A DNA stretch of 59,247 nucleotides, counting the filler. It is 5 parts of 5 records of this genome, joined end to end, with 100 filler letters (N's around TTAATTAATTAA, not from the genome) between each part and the next. Parts side by side here need not be neighbours in the genome. Positions count along the whole stretch, not along the records: positions 1 to 17,297 come from SRR31147125_7411; 4 more parts are not named here. One strand, written 5' to 3'. The position numbers and the translations under genes were made by a program. The notes beneath the pieces are model-generated. The model made no database searches. It was not told the origin of the DNA and worked only from the letters and a program-made list of their open reading frames with translations. The stretch's first letter is position 1; every line of letters begins with the position of its first letter. Below are positions 1 to 9,939 of this stretch, piece after piece.

Positions 1-229
1 ATAGCAACAGTTAATTATACGCTACCAAATAATGAAATATAGGATATTTTCTAATTTTATTATTTCGAAAATCCGAAAAAATAAACAAGTCAGTAAAGAT
101 TCACTTGAACGCCCAATTGGTTTGAACAGTTTTAAATAAATGGAACGAAATAAAATGGCTCTGTCGTTGCTTGCTAAGTAATATTAGCTAACAAGTTGAA
201 TTCATATAACTTTGAAAGGAAAAATCAGT

Positions 230-1753
230 ATGGAAAGGGAAAATTCGTCGCGAAGAAAATTCGTAAAGATGGGACTAGCAACCACTGCAGGGATTATTGT
301 TTCCGGGATTGGCAGGACAGGCTATGCTGCCAAAAGTTCACAATCGAAAGCAGAAATAAATGAAAACAATATACTTGATTTCGGCGCTGTAGGAGATGGC
401 AAAACATTGAATACCCTGGCCATTCAGAAAGCAATCGACACATGTACGGAAAATGGTGGTGGTAGAGTGATCGTTCCAAAAGGTACTTTTTTAACGGGTG
501 GATTTTCACTAAAAAGCAATGTTGATTTTCACTTGCAAGAAGGTGCTGTTATTTTGGGTAGTCCTTATATGAAAGATTATCAAAAAAGAGAGCTAATAAA
601 CCAGGCCCGCTACGAAAAATACCTGCGTTATGCCCTCGTTTTTGCACAAGGAGCAGAAAATATCACCGTATCAGGAACAGGTACCCTGAATGGCAACGCA
701 CAGTTGGGGGAAAGCCTTAAAGAGTTTAATAAAAATGGTGAATTCAGGCGTCCCTGCCTTTTATGGTTCGATGAATGTGAGAATATACTTGTTAAAGATA
801 TAACGTATAAAAATTCAGCCATGTGGACAGAGACTTACTCCCAGTGCAAAAATGTGCATGTAGATAATATTACGGTAACAGAAAATTATTTTTTCAATGC
901 CGATGGCTGCAACATGCTCGACTGTGAAGATTTTATTATAGAAAACTGTGATATAAATACCATGGACGACGGTATTTGCCTAAAAGGCTATACCAACAAG
1001 GGTTGTAAAAGGGGGCTTATCCGGAATAACAAGGTACGAAGCATTTGTAATGGTATAAAGATGGGCACAGATTCTTCCGGTGGGTTTCGGGATATTGTAA
1101 TTGAAAACAATGAAATTTGGCAGACCGGTATATCAGGGTTGGCATTGGAAATCACCGATGGGGGTACAATGGAAAATGTTACGGTCAGGAATATAAAGAT
1201 GGATGTAGTTGCCACACCTATTTTTATCATGCTAAGCAATCGAGACCGGAAAGTCAGAGGAGACCTCATTGTTCCAAGAGGAATTATCCGGAATATACAT
1301 ATCAAAGATATTGAGGCAGTGGTTGATAAATATGAAACATACAATGAGCTGGAACGCAGGTATTTTGACTTTATCCCTTATGCCTCTTCAATAACTGGCT
1401 TTCCCGGGCAATATGTGGAAGATGTCGTGATTGAAGATATTAATGTGACTATAAAAGGCGGGTTCCCCAAACGTACTGCTGACGACGCTCTTCGTGAAAT
1501 CCCTGAAGCCGGACGTAAATATCCTGAAAACAGGATGTTTGGGACCCTGCCTGCTTTTGGTTTTTTTGTCCGCCATGCAAGAGGATTAAATATGAAAAAT
1601 ATTAATCTTTCAATTGAACAGGAGGATGGGCGCCCTGCATTTTTGCTTGATGATGTGGCTGATTCCGAATTTGATGATGTCACTGTAAATAATAATACCA
1701 ATACTCCTGCTTTTTCGATTAATAAGAATTGTTCAGGCATCCAATTGGATTAA
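230..1753 (+). CDS. Glycoside hydrolase family 28 (polygalacturonase-like beta-helix) with Tat signal peptide
   Basis: N-terminal ILDFGAVGDGKTLNTLAIQKAID, GGGRVIVPKG and catalytic-region NADG / DDGICLK / GIKMGT motifs. SRRKFVK twin-arginine leader. ATG at 230 is preferred over TTG 212 because GAAAGGA lies just upstream. Confidence 0.88.
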   Translation: MERENSSRRKFVKMGLATTAGIIVSGIGRTGYAAKSSQSKAEINENNILDFGAVGDGKTLNTLAIQKAIDTCTENGGGRVIVPKGTFLTGGFSLKSNVDFHLQEGAVILGSPYMKDYQKRELINQARYEKYLRYALVFAQGAENITVSGTGTLNGNAQLGESLKEFNKNGEFRRPCLLWFDECENILVKDITYKNSAMWTETYSQCKNVHVDNITVTENYFFNADGCNMLDCEDFIIENCDINTMDDGICLKGYTNKGCKRGLIRNNKVRSICNGIKMGTDSSGGFRDIVIENNEIWQTGISGLALEITDGGTMENVTVRNIKMDVVATPIFIMLSNRDRKVRGDLIVPRGIIRNIHIKDIEAVVDKYETYNELERRYFDFIPYASSITGFPGQYVEDVVIEDINVTIKGGFPKRTADDALREIPEAGRKYPENRMFGTLPAFGFFVRHARGLNMKNINLSIEQEDGRPAFLLDDVADSEFDDVTVNNNTNTPAFSINKNCSGIQLD

Positions 1754-2004
1754 TAATAAAAGGCTTATTATCTAAAATGTATGATAATAAACCAAAAGTT
1801 CAAATTTATCAACAATTGCGCCTTTGTAATGAGCAGGGTTTGATTTTATTTATATTCTTAACCTGATGACAGAATCCTTAACGAAGGTGAATCTTGACGA
1901 TAGCAAAAGTGTTTAGCAGGTTTAAAAAAATGTTTTGTAAATTATAACTCGTTTTTTATTTAAACGTTTGTTAATATAATAATGGATTTCGGAGATGTGT
2001 AAAT

Positions 2005-3024
2005 ATGAATTTAGGGAAAAGTATCGTATTTTTTACCGTTGTTTTTCTTTTAATTAATAGCGTAAAGTTGTTACCTGTTTTGTTGCATTCTAAAGAAGAC
2101 ACGGCGGGTAAAATAATTCAGTCCATTTCAATGAGCAATGGAACCTTTTCCGGAGTTCTGCATAATAATGAGTCCAACAGGAAAAGACAGGGAGCCGGTT
2201 TTAATCCATTGATCCATTCTCTCTACCCCGGACAGAATATCTTTGGCGATGGCGGGGTGGGATTAAATTTCGAACATATCATGAATGGCGCTGCAGCCGA
2301 TGCAGATATCTGCATGTTCACACCCCGTAAAGATATTTGTTCTGTTTTTCGACATTCCGACTTTTCTGCGTCAGTTATTCATAAAGCGCAAAATTCAACC
2401 TGGAATATGGATAGTGAAATGAAATATACCTTTTCCGGAGAGCACTATATAGACCTGGAATTCAAAGTAACATGCCGGGAAAATCGATTTCCTCTGGGCT
2501 ATGTTGCTTTTATGTGGGCCAGTTATATGAATCGGACATTTTCACGGCAGATACATTTTTGGGGACGTGAAAACGGAGAAGAAAAATGGGTGACTTTTGG
2601 TGAAGACACAGAAAAGGGCTTTGAGACAGGTACCATTTCCTGTTACGATGTCGAAAATCTGCCCTATGAGGAGGGGACAAAAACACTTAATATTATCGAA
2701 CATCCTGACAAAAAGTTTATCTTGCCATTCTATTATGGATTTGTGCATGGATCGGGAAATGTTAATTGCCAGGCAGATACAATGGTGTACATCATGATGT
2801 TTGACAAGAAGGAATCCATCCGGTTTGCCATGTGGAATTTTCAGAGGAATTCTGAAGGGAAACCGGATACTTTTAGTCCTGCATGGGACTGGCAATTTGT
2901 TATACAGGAACCTCAACTTGACAGGGAATACAGTTATAAAGCAAGGGTGGTATACAAACCTTTTGCTGGCAGGGAAAATGTAAGGCAGGAATATGAAAAC
3001 TGGATTACTGGATTGAAAAATTAA
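2005..3024 (+). CDS. Hypothetical exported protein, possibly galactose-mutarotase-like beta-sandwich
   Basis: 339-aa ORF, GGAG RBS, hydrophobic N-terminus, aromatic-rich beta-type sequence (GLNFEHIMNG, PAWDWQFVI). The fold call is inference. Confidence 0.55.
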   Translation: MNLGKSIVFFTVVFLLINSVKLLPVLLHSKEDTAGKIIQSISMSNGTFSGVLHNNESNRKRQGAGFNPLIHSLYPGQNIFGDGGVGLNFEHIMNGAAADADICMFTPRKDICSVFRHSDFSASVIHKAQNSTWNMDSEMKYTFSGEHYIDLEFKVTCRENRFPLGYVAFMWASYMNRTFSRQIHFWGRENGEEKWVTFGEDTEKGFETGTISCYDVENLPYEEGTKTLNIIEHPDKKFILPFYYGFVHGSGNVNCQADTMVYIMMFDKKESIRFAMWNFQRNSEGKPDTFSPAWDWQFVIQEPQLDREYSYKARVVYKPFAGRENVRQEYENWITGLKN

Positions 3025-3134
3025 AGTCATGCTCTTATTTATTTACTCTTAATTCGATAAATCTTTATACGGTCTTTTGTTTTACCAGGTTGGCCTTTAA
3101 AGAAAATCGGTAAATCCTGAAAGGAGTGTTTTGT

Positions 3135-3977
3135 ATGAATATTGGAGTTTTCCTGTTAATTGAGCCCTTTGCCAGTGTGGAAACACAGCTTCAACGAGCA
3201 AAGGAGATGGGATTTAATCATGCTGATATTACAGATACCAATGCGGGTGGTAGTATGCTTGGATCAGCCGGGTTTTCACCGACTGTGAGTCTTGATGAAA
3301 ATCCCTTTGATGTGTTGCGATTGTTTCAAAAGTATGATATGACGCCTTCTACTGTCTGTGCTCATGCCGCCTTGCTGGAACCAAGCAATCCCGGAGTTTA
3401 TGGCACAGCTGAAATCATGAAGGCCATCCAGTTTGCTGCGGCTATTGGTGTCAAAGAAGTGATCACCACAGATACGGATCCGCGTTCAGAATGGGCAGAA
3501 AATCTGAGCTATGAACAAAAGGTGTTTATTGTTGCTGAAAAATTATATGCGCCGGTGAAAATGGCGGAGGATTATGGCGTGCATATTCTGCTTGAGCCCC
3601 ATGGACCGGTAACAGATTCCATAAAGGGATTACAGGATATATTCGATATGCTTGGTCATCCAAAAGCATTGGGCGTGAATCTGGATACTGGTAATTCCTG
3701 GCTTGGGGGTACGGATCCCGTAGAAATGGCCAGAGTATTCAAAGACAAAATCCATCATGTACACTGGAAAGACCTGGGTGAGGAATGGGTACCGAAACGA
3801 GGAACGCTGTTTGGATGTGGTTTCTCCACCATTGCACTGGGTGATGGTGTAATAGATCTCAAAGGTGTTTGTGAAGTTTTGAAAGATACGGATATCGACA
3901 GTTCTACGCTGGAAATTGTCGGATCCGAGGATATTCTGAAAAAGAGTGTGACATTTCTCAGAAGTAATGGTCTTTAA
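3135..3977 (+). CDS. Sugar phosphate isomerase/epimerase (xylose-isomerase-like TIM barrel, AP_endonuc_2)
   Basis: Metal-binding motifs LLEPHG, NLDTGN, HVHWKD, LGDGVID and TLE. AAGGAG RBS at 3121-3126 fits ATG 3135. Confidence 0.85.
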   Translation: MNIGVFLLIEPFASVETQLQRAKEMGFNHADITDTNAGGSMLGSAGFSPTVSLDENPFDVLRLFQKYDMTPSTVCAHAALLEPSNPGVYGTAEIMKAIQFAAAIGVKEVITTDTDPRSEWAENLSYEQKVFIVAEKLYAPVKMAEDYGVHILLEPHGPVTDSIKGLQDIFDMLGHPKALGVNLDTGNSWLGGTDPVEMARVFKDKIHHVHWKDLGEEWVPKRGTLFGCGFSTIALGDGVIDLKGVCEVLKDTDIDSSTLEIVGSEDILKKSVTFLRSNGL

Positions 3978-4046
3978 ATGATTTTCTAAAAAAAATGATT
4001 TTGCAAGAATACCTGGGAGCACTATCAGAAATGGCATGTCGTATTG

Positions 4047-4083
4047 CTCATTCCCGGTCCTGAGAAACGGGACCGGGAGTGAG
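4047..4083. terminator. GC-rich hairpin, probable terminator
   Basis: CTCATTCCCGGTCC / GGACCGGGAGTGAG form a 14-bp stem (one G-U) with a 9-nt loop, downstream of the isomerase gene. Confidence 0.6.
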
Positions 4084-4164
4084 AATTAATTTAAACACTC
4101 ATGTCGACAACTGTTTTCTTTCCTGTTTTTTACAAAAAATAAAAGATATGAGAAAGGGGATAAT

Positions 4165-5160
4165 ATGAACAAGATTATTGTTCCACTGTTAATTGTTCTT
4201 TTTTTATTTTCCTGTGACCGACAAAAGAATCCCTTGTCTTCTACATTTGATCTTGTTGCCAGTTTTCCTACTGAACCAGGCCCCAATTCCATTGTAATAG
4301 ATAAAGACAGCCGCTTTCTTTACGTTTCAAATTCTTATTCCGCCGCAAATGATGGGAATCGAAAAATTCAAAAGTTCAATTTAAAAGGAGAACTTTTAAA
4401 AACAATCGTAGATTTTACCTCCTTTGACAATGGAAACTATCAACGATATGAGCCCATTGATATGACTTTTGATGATTTTCAAAATCTGCATGTTTTAGTC
4501 AAACCTTATAGAAAATATTCTGCAGAATCGTGGCATTCATTGGAAGGATTCTGCATATTACAATACGATTCTGAACATAAATTTCAAAAAGAATTTGATT
4601 TTGCACATTTTACTCAGGAATGGTTTCCTGCTGCCATCGCTTGTTTTGATAAATATATTTTTGTAACAAATGGTCAAATTCTGAAAAAAGTTTCAATAGA
4701 TGACGAACAGGTTTTGGATATAGAACTTCCGATCAGCGACGATAATATTAACACCTGGCCGGATATTCATACGACAGATATGGCTATTAATTCCAAAGGA
4801 ATTATTTATCTGGTGGGACAAGCCGCTTTTGACAACAAATCCGTTGGTTGTCATCTAACTATAATCGACACGAAAAATAATAAACGTAGTACTGTCTATT
4901 CAAAAGTAAGAACAGAATCATTTGCCGCTATGTTAAATAATCCGGGGCTAACAATAGGTCGCGATGGTTTTATTTATTTAACAACATTTTATTGCAAGAG
5001 TCTGGATGTATTTAATGAAAATGGGGATGTTATAAAACAACTGGATTTAACATCAAAGAATAATCGAGAGATTCTGCCGATTGATGTTGCTGTCGATAAT
5101 AATTCTATTTATATAGTTGATAGTTTTAATAATTGTGTTAACGTCTATAAAAAAATCTAG
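4165..5160 (+). CDS. NHL-repeat/6-bladed beta-propeller lipoprotein
   Basis: Lipobox LFSC. Repeated P-x-x-I-A-V-D ... IYV/IYIVD blades (PNSIVIDKDSRFLYVSN, PIDVAVDNNSIYIVDSFN). Confidence 0.7.
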   Translation: MNKIIVPLLIVLFLFSCDRQKNPLSSTFDLVASFPTEPGPNSIVIDKDSRFLYVSNSYSAANDGNRKIQKFNLKGELLKTIVDFTSFDNGNYQRYEPIDMTFDDFQNLHVLVKPYRKYSAESWHSLEGFCILQYDSEHKFQKEFDFAHFTQEWFPAAIACFDKYIFVTNGQILKKVSIDDEQVLDIELPISDDNINTWPDIHTTDMAINSKGIIYLVGQAAFDNKSVGCHLTIIDTKNNKRSTVYSKVRTESFAAMLNNPGLTIGRDGFIYLTTFYCKSLDVFNENGDVIKQLDLTSKNNREILPIDVAVDNNSIYIVDSFNNCVNVYKKI

Positions 5161-5440
5161 TCAGACTCGTGAATCCTGATTATGATGGGGGCCAGGCGTG
5201 ATTCCAATTGAAATAACAAATATATGTAATATAATGATATTTTAATGTTGTCCGATTCCGTATAAAGGCAATCTATTCATTGAAAATATGAAATTTATTG
5301 TGTATAATAATGTATAACTTGAAATAGTTATGATTTTTTAAATTGTACAACAAGTCCTGTTTTTTGTCTGAATACCAGGAGACGAGGTTTCAACAGAACC
5401 GAAAAATATTCTACACACTGATTGAACGTAAGGAAAAACG

Positions 5441-5818
5441 ATGGCAAAATTACCCGATATTGTAAGCGATGCATGGCAAACCCGAAAGGGACCCGTTATA
5501 TTGACAACTGTTTCTGAAGATGGTGTGCCTAATTCTATTTATGCGACTTGTGTCTCGAAATTTGATGATAATACTCTCGTTGTTGCTGATAACTATTTTG
5601 ATAAAACCCAAAAAAATATTCTTGGCGGAAGTAACGGGACTATCCTTTTTATGTCTGAAGAAGGTAAAGCTTTTCAGGTAAAAGGTTCCCTTGAATATCA
5701 CAAAGACGGGGCATTGTTTAAGGATATGAAAACATGGAATCCTTCAGAACATCCGGGTCATGCAGCAGCCGTACTAAAAATAAAAGAAGTATATTCGGGA
5801 GCTGAAAAGCTTTTATAG
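5441..5818 (+). CDS. Pyridoxamine 5'-phosphate oxidase-family FMN-binding protein
   Basis: VILTTVSEDGVPN, VVADNYFDKTQKNI and AFQVKG motifs. AAGGA RBS. Confidence 0.8.
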   Translation: MAKLPDIVSDAWQTRKGPVILTTVSEDGVPNSIYATCVSKFDDNTLVVADNYFDKTQKNILGGSNGTILFMSEEGKAFQVKGSLEYHKDGALFKDMKTWNPSEHPGHAAAVLKIKEVYSGAEKLL

Positions 5819-6023
5819 GCTCACCAAAAGTGGTATGCGCTAAAGGTTGATACGTAACCCGTTAACCGGAATTGGAAAAATTATATCGATGTAAAATTTT
5901 CCGATGACTCTAATGTTTATATGCATGAAAACGGCGTTTCTTATAATTCAATAACTTTTTAATCACAAAACCACGATTGCAAAATATAGATTTATTTTAT
6001 TTCAAACGGATCAGGAGCTACTG

Positions 6024-7640
6024 ATGAGAAAACATGTTCAAGGACACGAAAAATTAAAGCTTACTTTTTTATTATTTGGATTCCTGCTTTTTGTAAACAT
6101 TTCATGCCTATTTTCACAGATTGAGTATCCTAATAGCGTACAAGTAAACACCACTGTGGCAGGAGATCAGGATAGCCCTGAAATCGCTGTAAATGGTGCG
6201 GGTACTGTGTTAGCTGTTTTCGAATCTGAAGCAAACGGTCCTGACGAAACCATATTTGCTGTCAGCTATGACAGGAAAAATTTTCGGGAATTCTATACGA
6301 CCGGTCCCACTACTGATACGGCCAGCCTGGAAGCATTTCCGGATAACGAGTCTTTTGTGGTTACCTGGGCACAAAACGGGGAACTTTATTTTGCCATTGT
6401 CTCCTGCAAAGATGGACAGGAAAATTTTATCGTGGAGCCCTCGCCGGTTCGGGAAGGTATTAAAAGTTTTGGCGGACGACCGGATGTTGCCATCTCTCAA
6501 GATGGCAGCCTGTTTGTTATAGGTTGGCATATTAATGATATCGTGATGCAATTTTATGATAACAGCGGATATCCGTTAGGTGATTTGGTTTATGTCGCAG
6601 GTTTTTTGCCATATAAACAGGAGCAACTTTCCCTGAAATTCTGGCCGGATTCTTCTCTTGTAGCAACATGGCATTCTGAAACCGCTGGTGTATTTGAAAC
6701 AAAATCAAGAGATGAGGACATCTGGTTCCAGCTTTTTGATTGTAAACCTGTCTGGAGTGATAATGTGCCGGAACCTTTTTTTGAAACACCGAAAAGGGCG
6801 AATGGAGATTTATCTTCAACAGATCCTGTGTGGTATAATCAGGAATATCCGGAAGTGGATGTGTTTAATGATGGTCGTTTTGTCATTATGTGGCAGGATT
6901 TCCCCTATTCCAGTGCCGGCGGAGGAAGTGACGGCAATGGTAAAGGTGCCTATTTTCGCATTTTTAATCACGATGGGTCGCCGCAAACCGAAAATATTCA
7001 AATGTCAGAACATACGACCAGTTTTCAAAAGGATGCGGATATACGGATTCGTCAAAGTGATAAAACAATTCATTTTATATACGAGGACGCTTATGAAGCT
7101 CCTGCGGATAAAGCCTGGCTGGCTTATCCTTCCTATCGTGTGTTTGATGATGTGGGTAATGCACTGGATGCTTCTATAGAGTTGAGCGATAAAAGTTATG
7201 GCACAGATTGCCGCCTGGCAATCACGGAAGCGGACGCAGAAAATCCCAATCTTGTTCTCTTTATCTGGGAGACCAAGGATATTGAAAATGTCGATGGAGC
7301 CGGTCGTTCGGTTATTTTCAGGGAGTGGTCGACTGAAACTTTTGTAAATCATACAACCCGTGATTTCTCTTTGCCGGAACAGTTCCAGCTATTCCAGAAC
7401 TATCCTAATCCCTTTAATTCTGAAACGAGGATTAGCTATGTTTTACATAAAGATTCACATGTTCAATTAGACCTGTTTAATTCTTTGGGACAAAAAGTGT
7501 TAGCCCTCGTGGATAGGGAACAGCAAGCAGGTCAATACTCTGTTCATTTGGATGCCAGTGAACTCGTTAGTGGTATTTATATTGCCAGGTTGACTTTTGA
7601 ATCTCAAACAAGATCTATCAAATTGATGTACCTGAAATAA
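6024..7640 (+). CDS. Secreted repeat protein with T9SS type-A-like C-terminal sorting domain
   Basis: Signal peptide. Internal repeats QVNTTVAGDQDSPEIAV / NQEYPEVDV / TTSFQKDADI. C-terminal FQLFQNYPNPFN...SGIYIARL...KLMYLK. Confidence 0.8.
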   Translation: MRKHVQGHEKLKLTFLLFGFLLFVNISCLFSQIEYPNSVQVNTTVAGDQDSPEIAVNGAGTVLAVFESEANGPDETIFAVSYDRKNFREFYTTGPTTDTASLEAFPDNESFVVTWAQNGELYFAIVSCKDGQENFIVEPSPVREGIKSFGGRPDVAISQDGSLFVIGWHINDIVMQFYDNSGYPLGDLVYVAGFLPYKQEQLSLKFWPDSSLVATWHSETAGVFETKSRDEDIWFQLFDCKPVWSDNVPEPFFETPKRANGDLSSTDPVWYNQEYPEVDVFNDGRFVIMWQDFPYSSAGGGSDGNGKGAYFRIFNHDGSPQTENIQMSEHTTSFQKDADIRIRQSDKTIHFIYEDAYEAPADKAWLAYPSYRVFDDVGNALDASIELSDKSYGTDCRLAITEADAENPNLVLFIWETKDIENVDGAGRSVIFREWSTETFVNHTTRDFSLPEQFQLFQNYPNPFNSETRISYVLHKDSHVQLDLFNSLGQKVLALVDREQQAGQYSVHLDASELVSGIYIARLTFESQTRSIKLMYLK

Positions 7641-7910
7641 ATTTTAACCTGGACTGGAAATTCCGTATCCCGGTGGGTATTAGTCCCATTGGGTGATAAT
7701 TATTCATGTAAGAGTATGGTTCTTTTTTTCATAATACAATTGCAATTTTCCGGTTAGTTACTTATAATATAGTTTATCAAAAAATGTTCAGTCAGAATCA
7801 ATATTGATAAACATTACGAGTAAGTTTATCTTATACGAATGGATTTTAATGGCATGTCGAAATCTGATCGTATAAAATAAGGACAGGATGAATTAGAACA
7901 GGAGAGTCAC

Positions 7911-9080
7911 ATGCAGTTAGATTTAAAATATGGGTGTAATCCCCACCAAAAAAACGCGCGTTTAAAAATAAATCAGGATCCTTCACCTTTTCAAATTCTT
8001 AATGGTTTTCCCAGTTATATTAATATTCTGGATGCATTTGGAGCATGGCAACTGGTAAAGGAACTGAAACAGGCTACAGGCAAAGCCAGTGCCGCATCCT
8101 TTAAACATGTCAGTCCTGCCGGGGCTGCCATCGCAAAGCCTCTCTCTGAAACATTTCTACGGTCACAATATTTACCGGATGATGATTACTCTCCGGTAGC
8201 CACAGCCTATGCTCGAGCTAGAGGAGGGGATCGGATGAGTTCCTTTGGTGATGTTGTGGCTGTCAGTGATACTGTGGATGTATCCCTGGCCAAAATGCTT
8301 CGGCGTGAAGTTTCTGACCTGATTATCGCCCCGGATTACGAACCAGAGGCTCTGGATATCCTGAAGCAAAAGAAAAAGGGCGGCTATCACGTATTTAAAA
8401 TTGATCCGGCTTATAATCCACCGGAGATGGAACACCGGGATGTTTTTGGCTTTACGCTTGAGCAGGATCGTAATAAAGCACAGATCACAAAAGACCTGTT
8501 TGAAAAGGTATCACAATCTCAGGGTGATGTTTCTGATGAGATCCTTGAGACCCTTGTTGTTGCCACCATTGCGTTGAAATATACGCAGTCAAATTCGGTA
8601 TGCGTCGCCTATGATGGTCAGGTTATTGGCATGGGAGCCGGGCAACAATCGCGTATTCATTGCACCCGCCTTGCATGCGATAAAGCAGAAAAATGGTTGC
8701 TGCAACAGCATCCACGTATGCTTGATCTGGCATTTAAACAGGGATTGAAACGTCCCGAGAAAGCAAATATTGTCGATCAATTTCTTTTGTGGGATCAATT
8801 GGATGAGAGTGAACAGGCGGCGCTTACTGCTCAGCTTGACACTCCTGCAGAACCATTACAAAAGCAGGAACGAGCTGACTGGATTAAACAGGTAGATGGG
8901 ATCTGTCTGAGCTCAGATGCCTTTTTCCCGTTTCGGGACAATATTGACCGAGCTAACCGCAGTCATGTGCAATTTATCGCCCAACCCGGACAATCCGTGC
9001 GTGATGACGAGGTCATCGCTGCTGTGGAACAACATGGAATGACCATGTTTTTTACTGGTCTACGCTGTTTTCTTCACTAG
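7911..9080 (+). CDS. purH: AICAR transformylase (PurH C-terminal domain only, no IMP cyclohydrolase domain)
   Basis: Starts directly at LKYGCNPHQ. Contains [43 protein letters not shown] and [18 protein letters not shown]. Confidence 0.9.
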   Translation: MQLDLKYGCNPHQKNARLKINQDPSPFQILNGFPSYINILDAFGAWQLVKELKQATGKASAASFKHVSPAGAAIAKPLSETFLRSQYLPDDDYSPVATAYARARGGDRMSSFGDVVAVSDTVDVSLAKMLRREVSDLIIAPDYEPEALDILKQKKKGGYHVFKIDPAYNPPEMEHRDVFGFTLEQDRNKAQITKDLFEKVSQSQGDVSDEILETLVVATIALKYTQSNSVCVAYDGQVIGMGAGQQSRIHCTRLACDKAEKWLLQQHPRMLDLAFKQGLKRPEKANIVDQFLLWDQLDESEQAALTAQLDTPAEPLQKQERADWIKQVDGICLSSDAFFPFRDNIDRANRSHVQFIAQPGQSVRDDEVIAAVEQHGMTMFFTGLRCFLH

Positions 9081-9140
9081 CCGGAACAGAAAATCTCATG
9101 TTTTGATTTTTTTGTATATTAATAGATAGTTAGTTGTGAT

Positions 9141-9172
9141 CGCCTGGGGAATCTCTTCCCCGGGCGCATTTT
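9141..9172 (+). terminator. Rho-independent terminator
   Basis: CGCCTGGGGAA-TCTC-TTCCCCGGGCG 11-bp stem followed by CATTTT, after purH. Confidence 0.6.
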
Positions 9173-9332
9173 AAATTCGGGCTTTAGCCCCAATGACCGC
9201 TCCACAATCTCCTATTACCTGCCACATTCATACCGGACGCATAAATAAAGAATATAAATTTTCAATTTTTTGTTCCTATTACGAGTCTACAAATAAAACT
9301 CTTTAATACATTAACTTTATTAAACATGCAAA

Positions 9333-9755
9333 GTGAAAAACGAACTTGTTGGCAAAACTAAAGATGCCGGATTCCAGATAGGTGCCAGGCGTACATTTCC
9401 CATTCATTATAAAGATGCCTGGCGTCTTTTAACCTCCCATGAGGGTATAGGGATTTGGTTGGATTCAAATGTTAATCTGAATTGGACCAAAGGCGAAGAA
9501 TATCAATTGCCAGATGCCACAGTTGGTCAGGTCAGGGTTTTCAAGCCAAATTCTCACCTGCGGTTATCCTGGCATCTCAAAGGATGGGAGAGAGCATCAA
9601 CAATTCAGATTCGGGTGATTCCCAAAAAAGATAAAACGGTAATCGCCTTCCATCAGGAATATCTACCCGGACCGGAAACACGAGAGGAACGTCGCATCTT
9701 TTTCTCAAAAGTACTGGATAAATTGGAACAATTAATAAGGTCTGGGGAGCAGTGA
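9333..9755 (+). CDS. SRPBCC/Aha1-like domain protein
   Basis: VGKTKDAGFQIGARRT, AWRLLTSHEGIGIWL, HLRLSW and TVIAFHQE are typical of this small family. Confidence 0.75.
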   Translation: MKNELVGKTKDAGFQIGARRTFPIHYKDAWRLLTSHEGIGIWLDSNVNLNWTKGEEYQLPDATVGQVRVFKPNSHLRLSWHLKGWERASTIQIRVIPKKDKTVIAFHQEYLPGPETREERRIFFSKVLDKLEQLIRSGEQ

Positions 9756-9939
9756 TAGAATACGGCTAACTTTATGCAGCCACAAATCAATCATTCCACT
9801 GGAAACCAGAGACGTGCAGGTTCTTTAGCAATAATTCAATCCGATTACTATTATCGGGCTATCTATGTTTCTTAACATTATGTCTGGTATTGTTGATCTT
9901 TATGCATTAACTGCCTTTATATTGTAAAAAGGGAATTAT

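Noticed and set aside
7650-7700. ZMP/ZTP riboswitch upstream of purH
   Set aside because: GACTGG and a GGTGGG/CCCATT stem are present, but the 3' CGCCTGGGC pseudoknot hairpin is missing. Better explained as the upstream gene's terminator.
9179-9190. REP-like GGGCTTTAGCCC palindrome
   Set aside because: Single copy, and no RAYT/transposase nearby.
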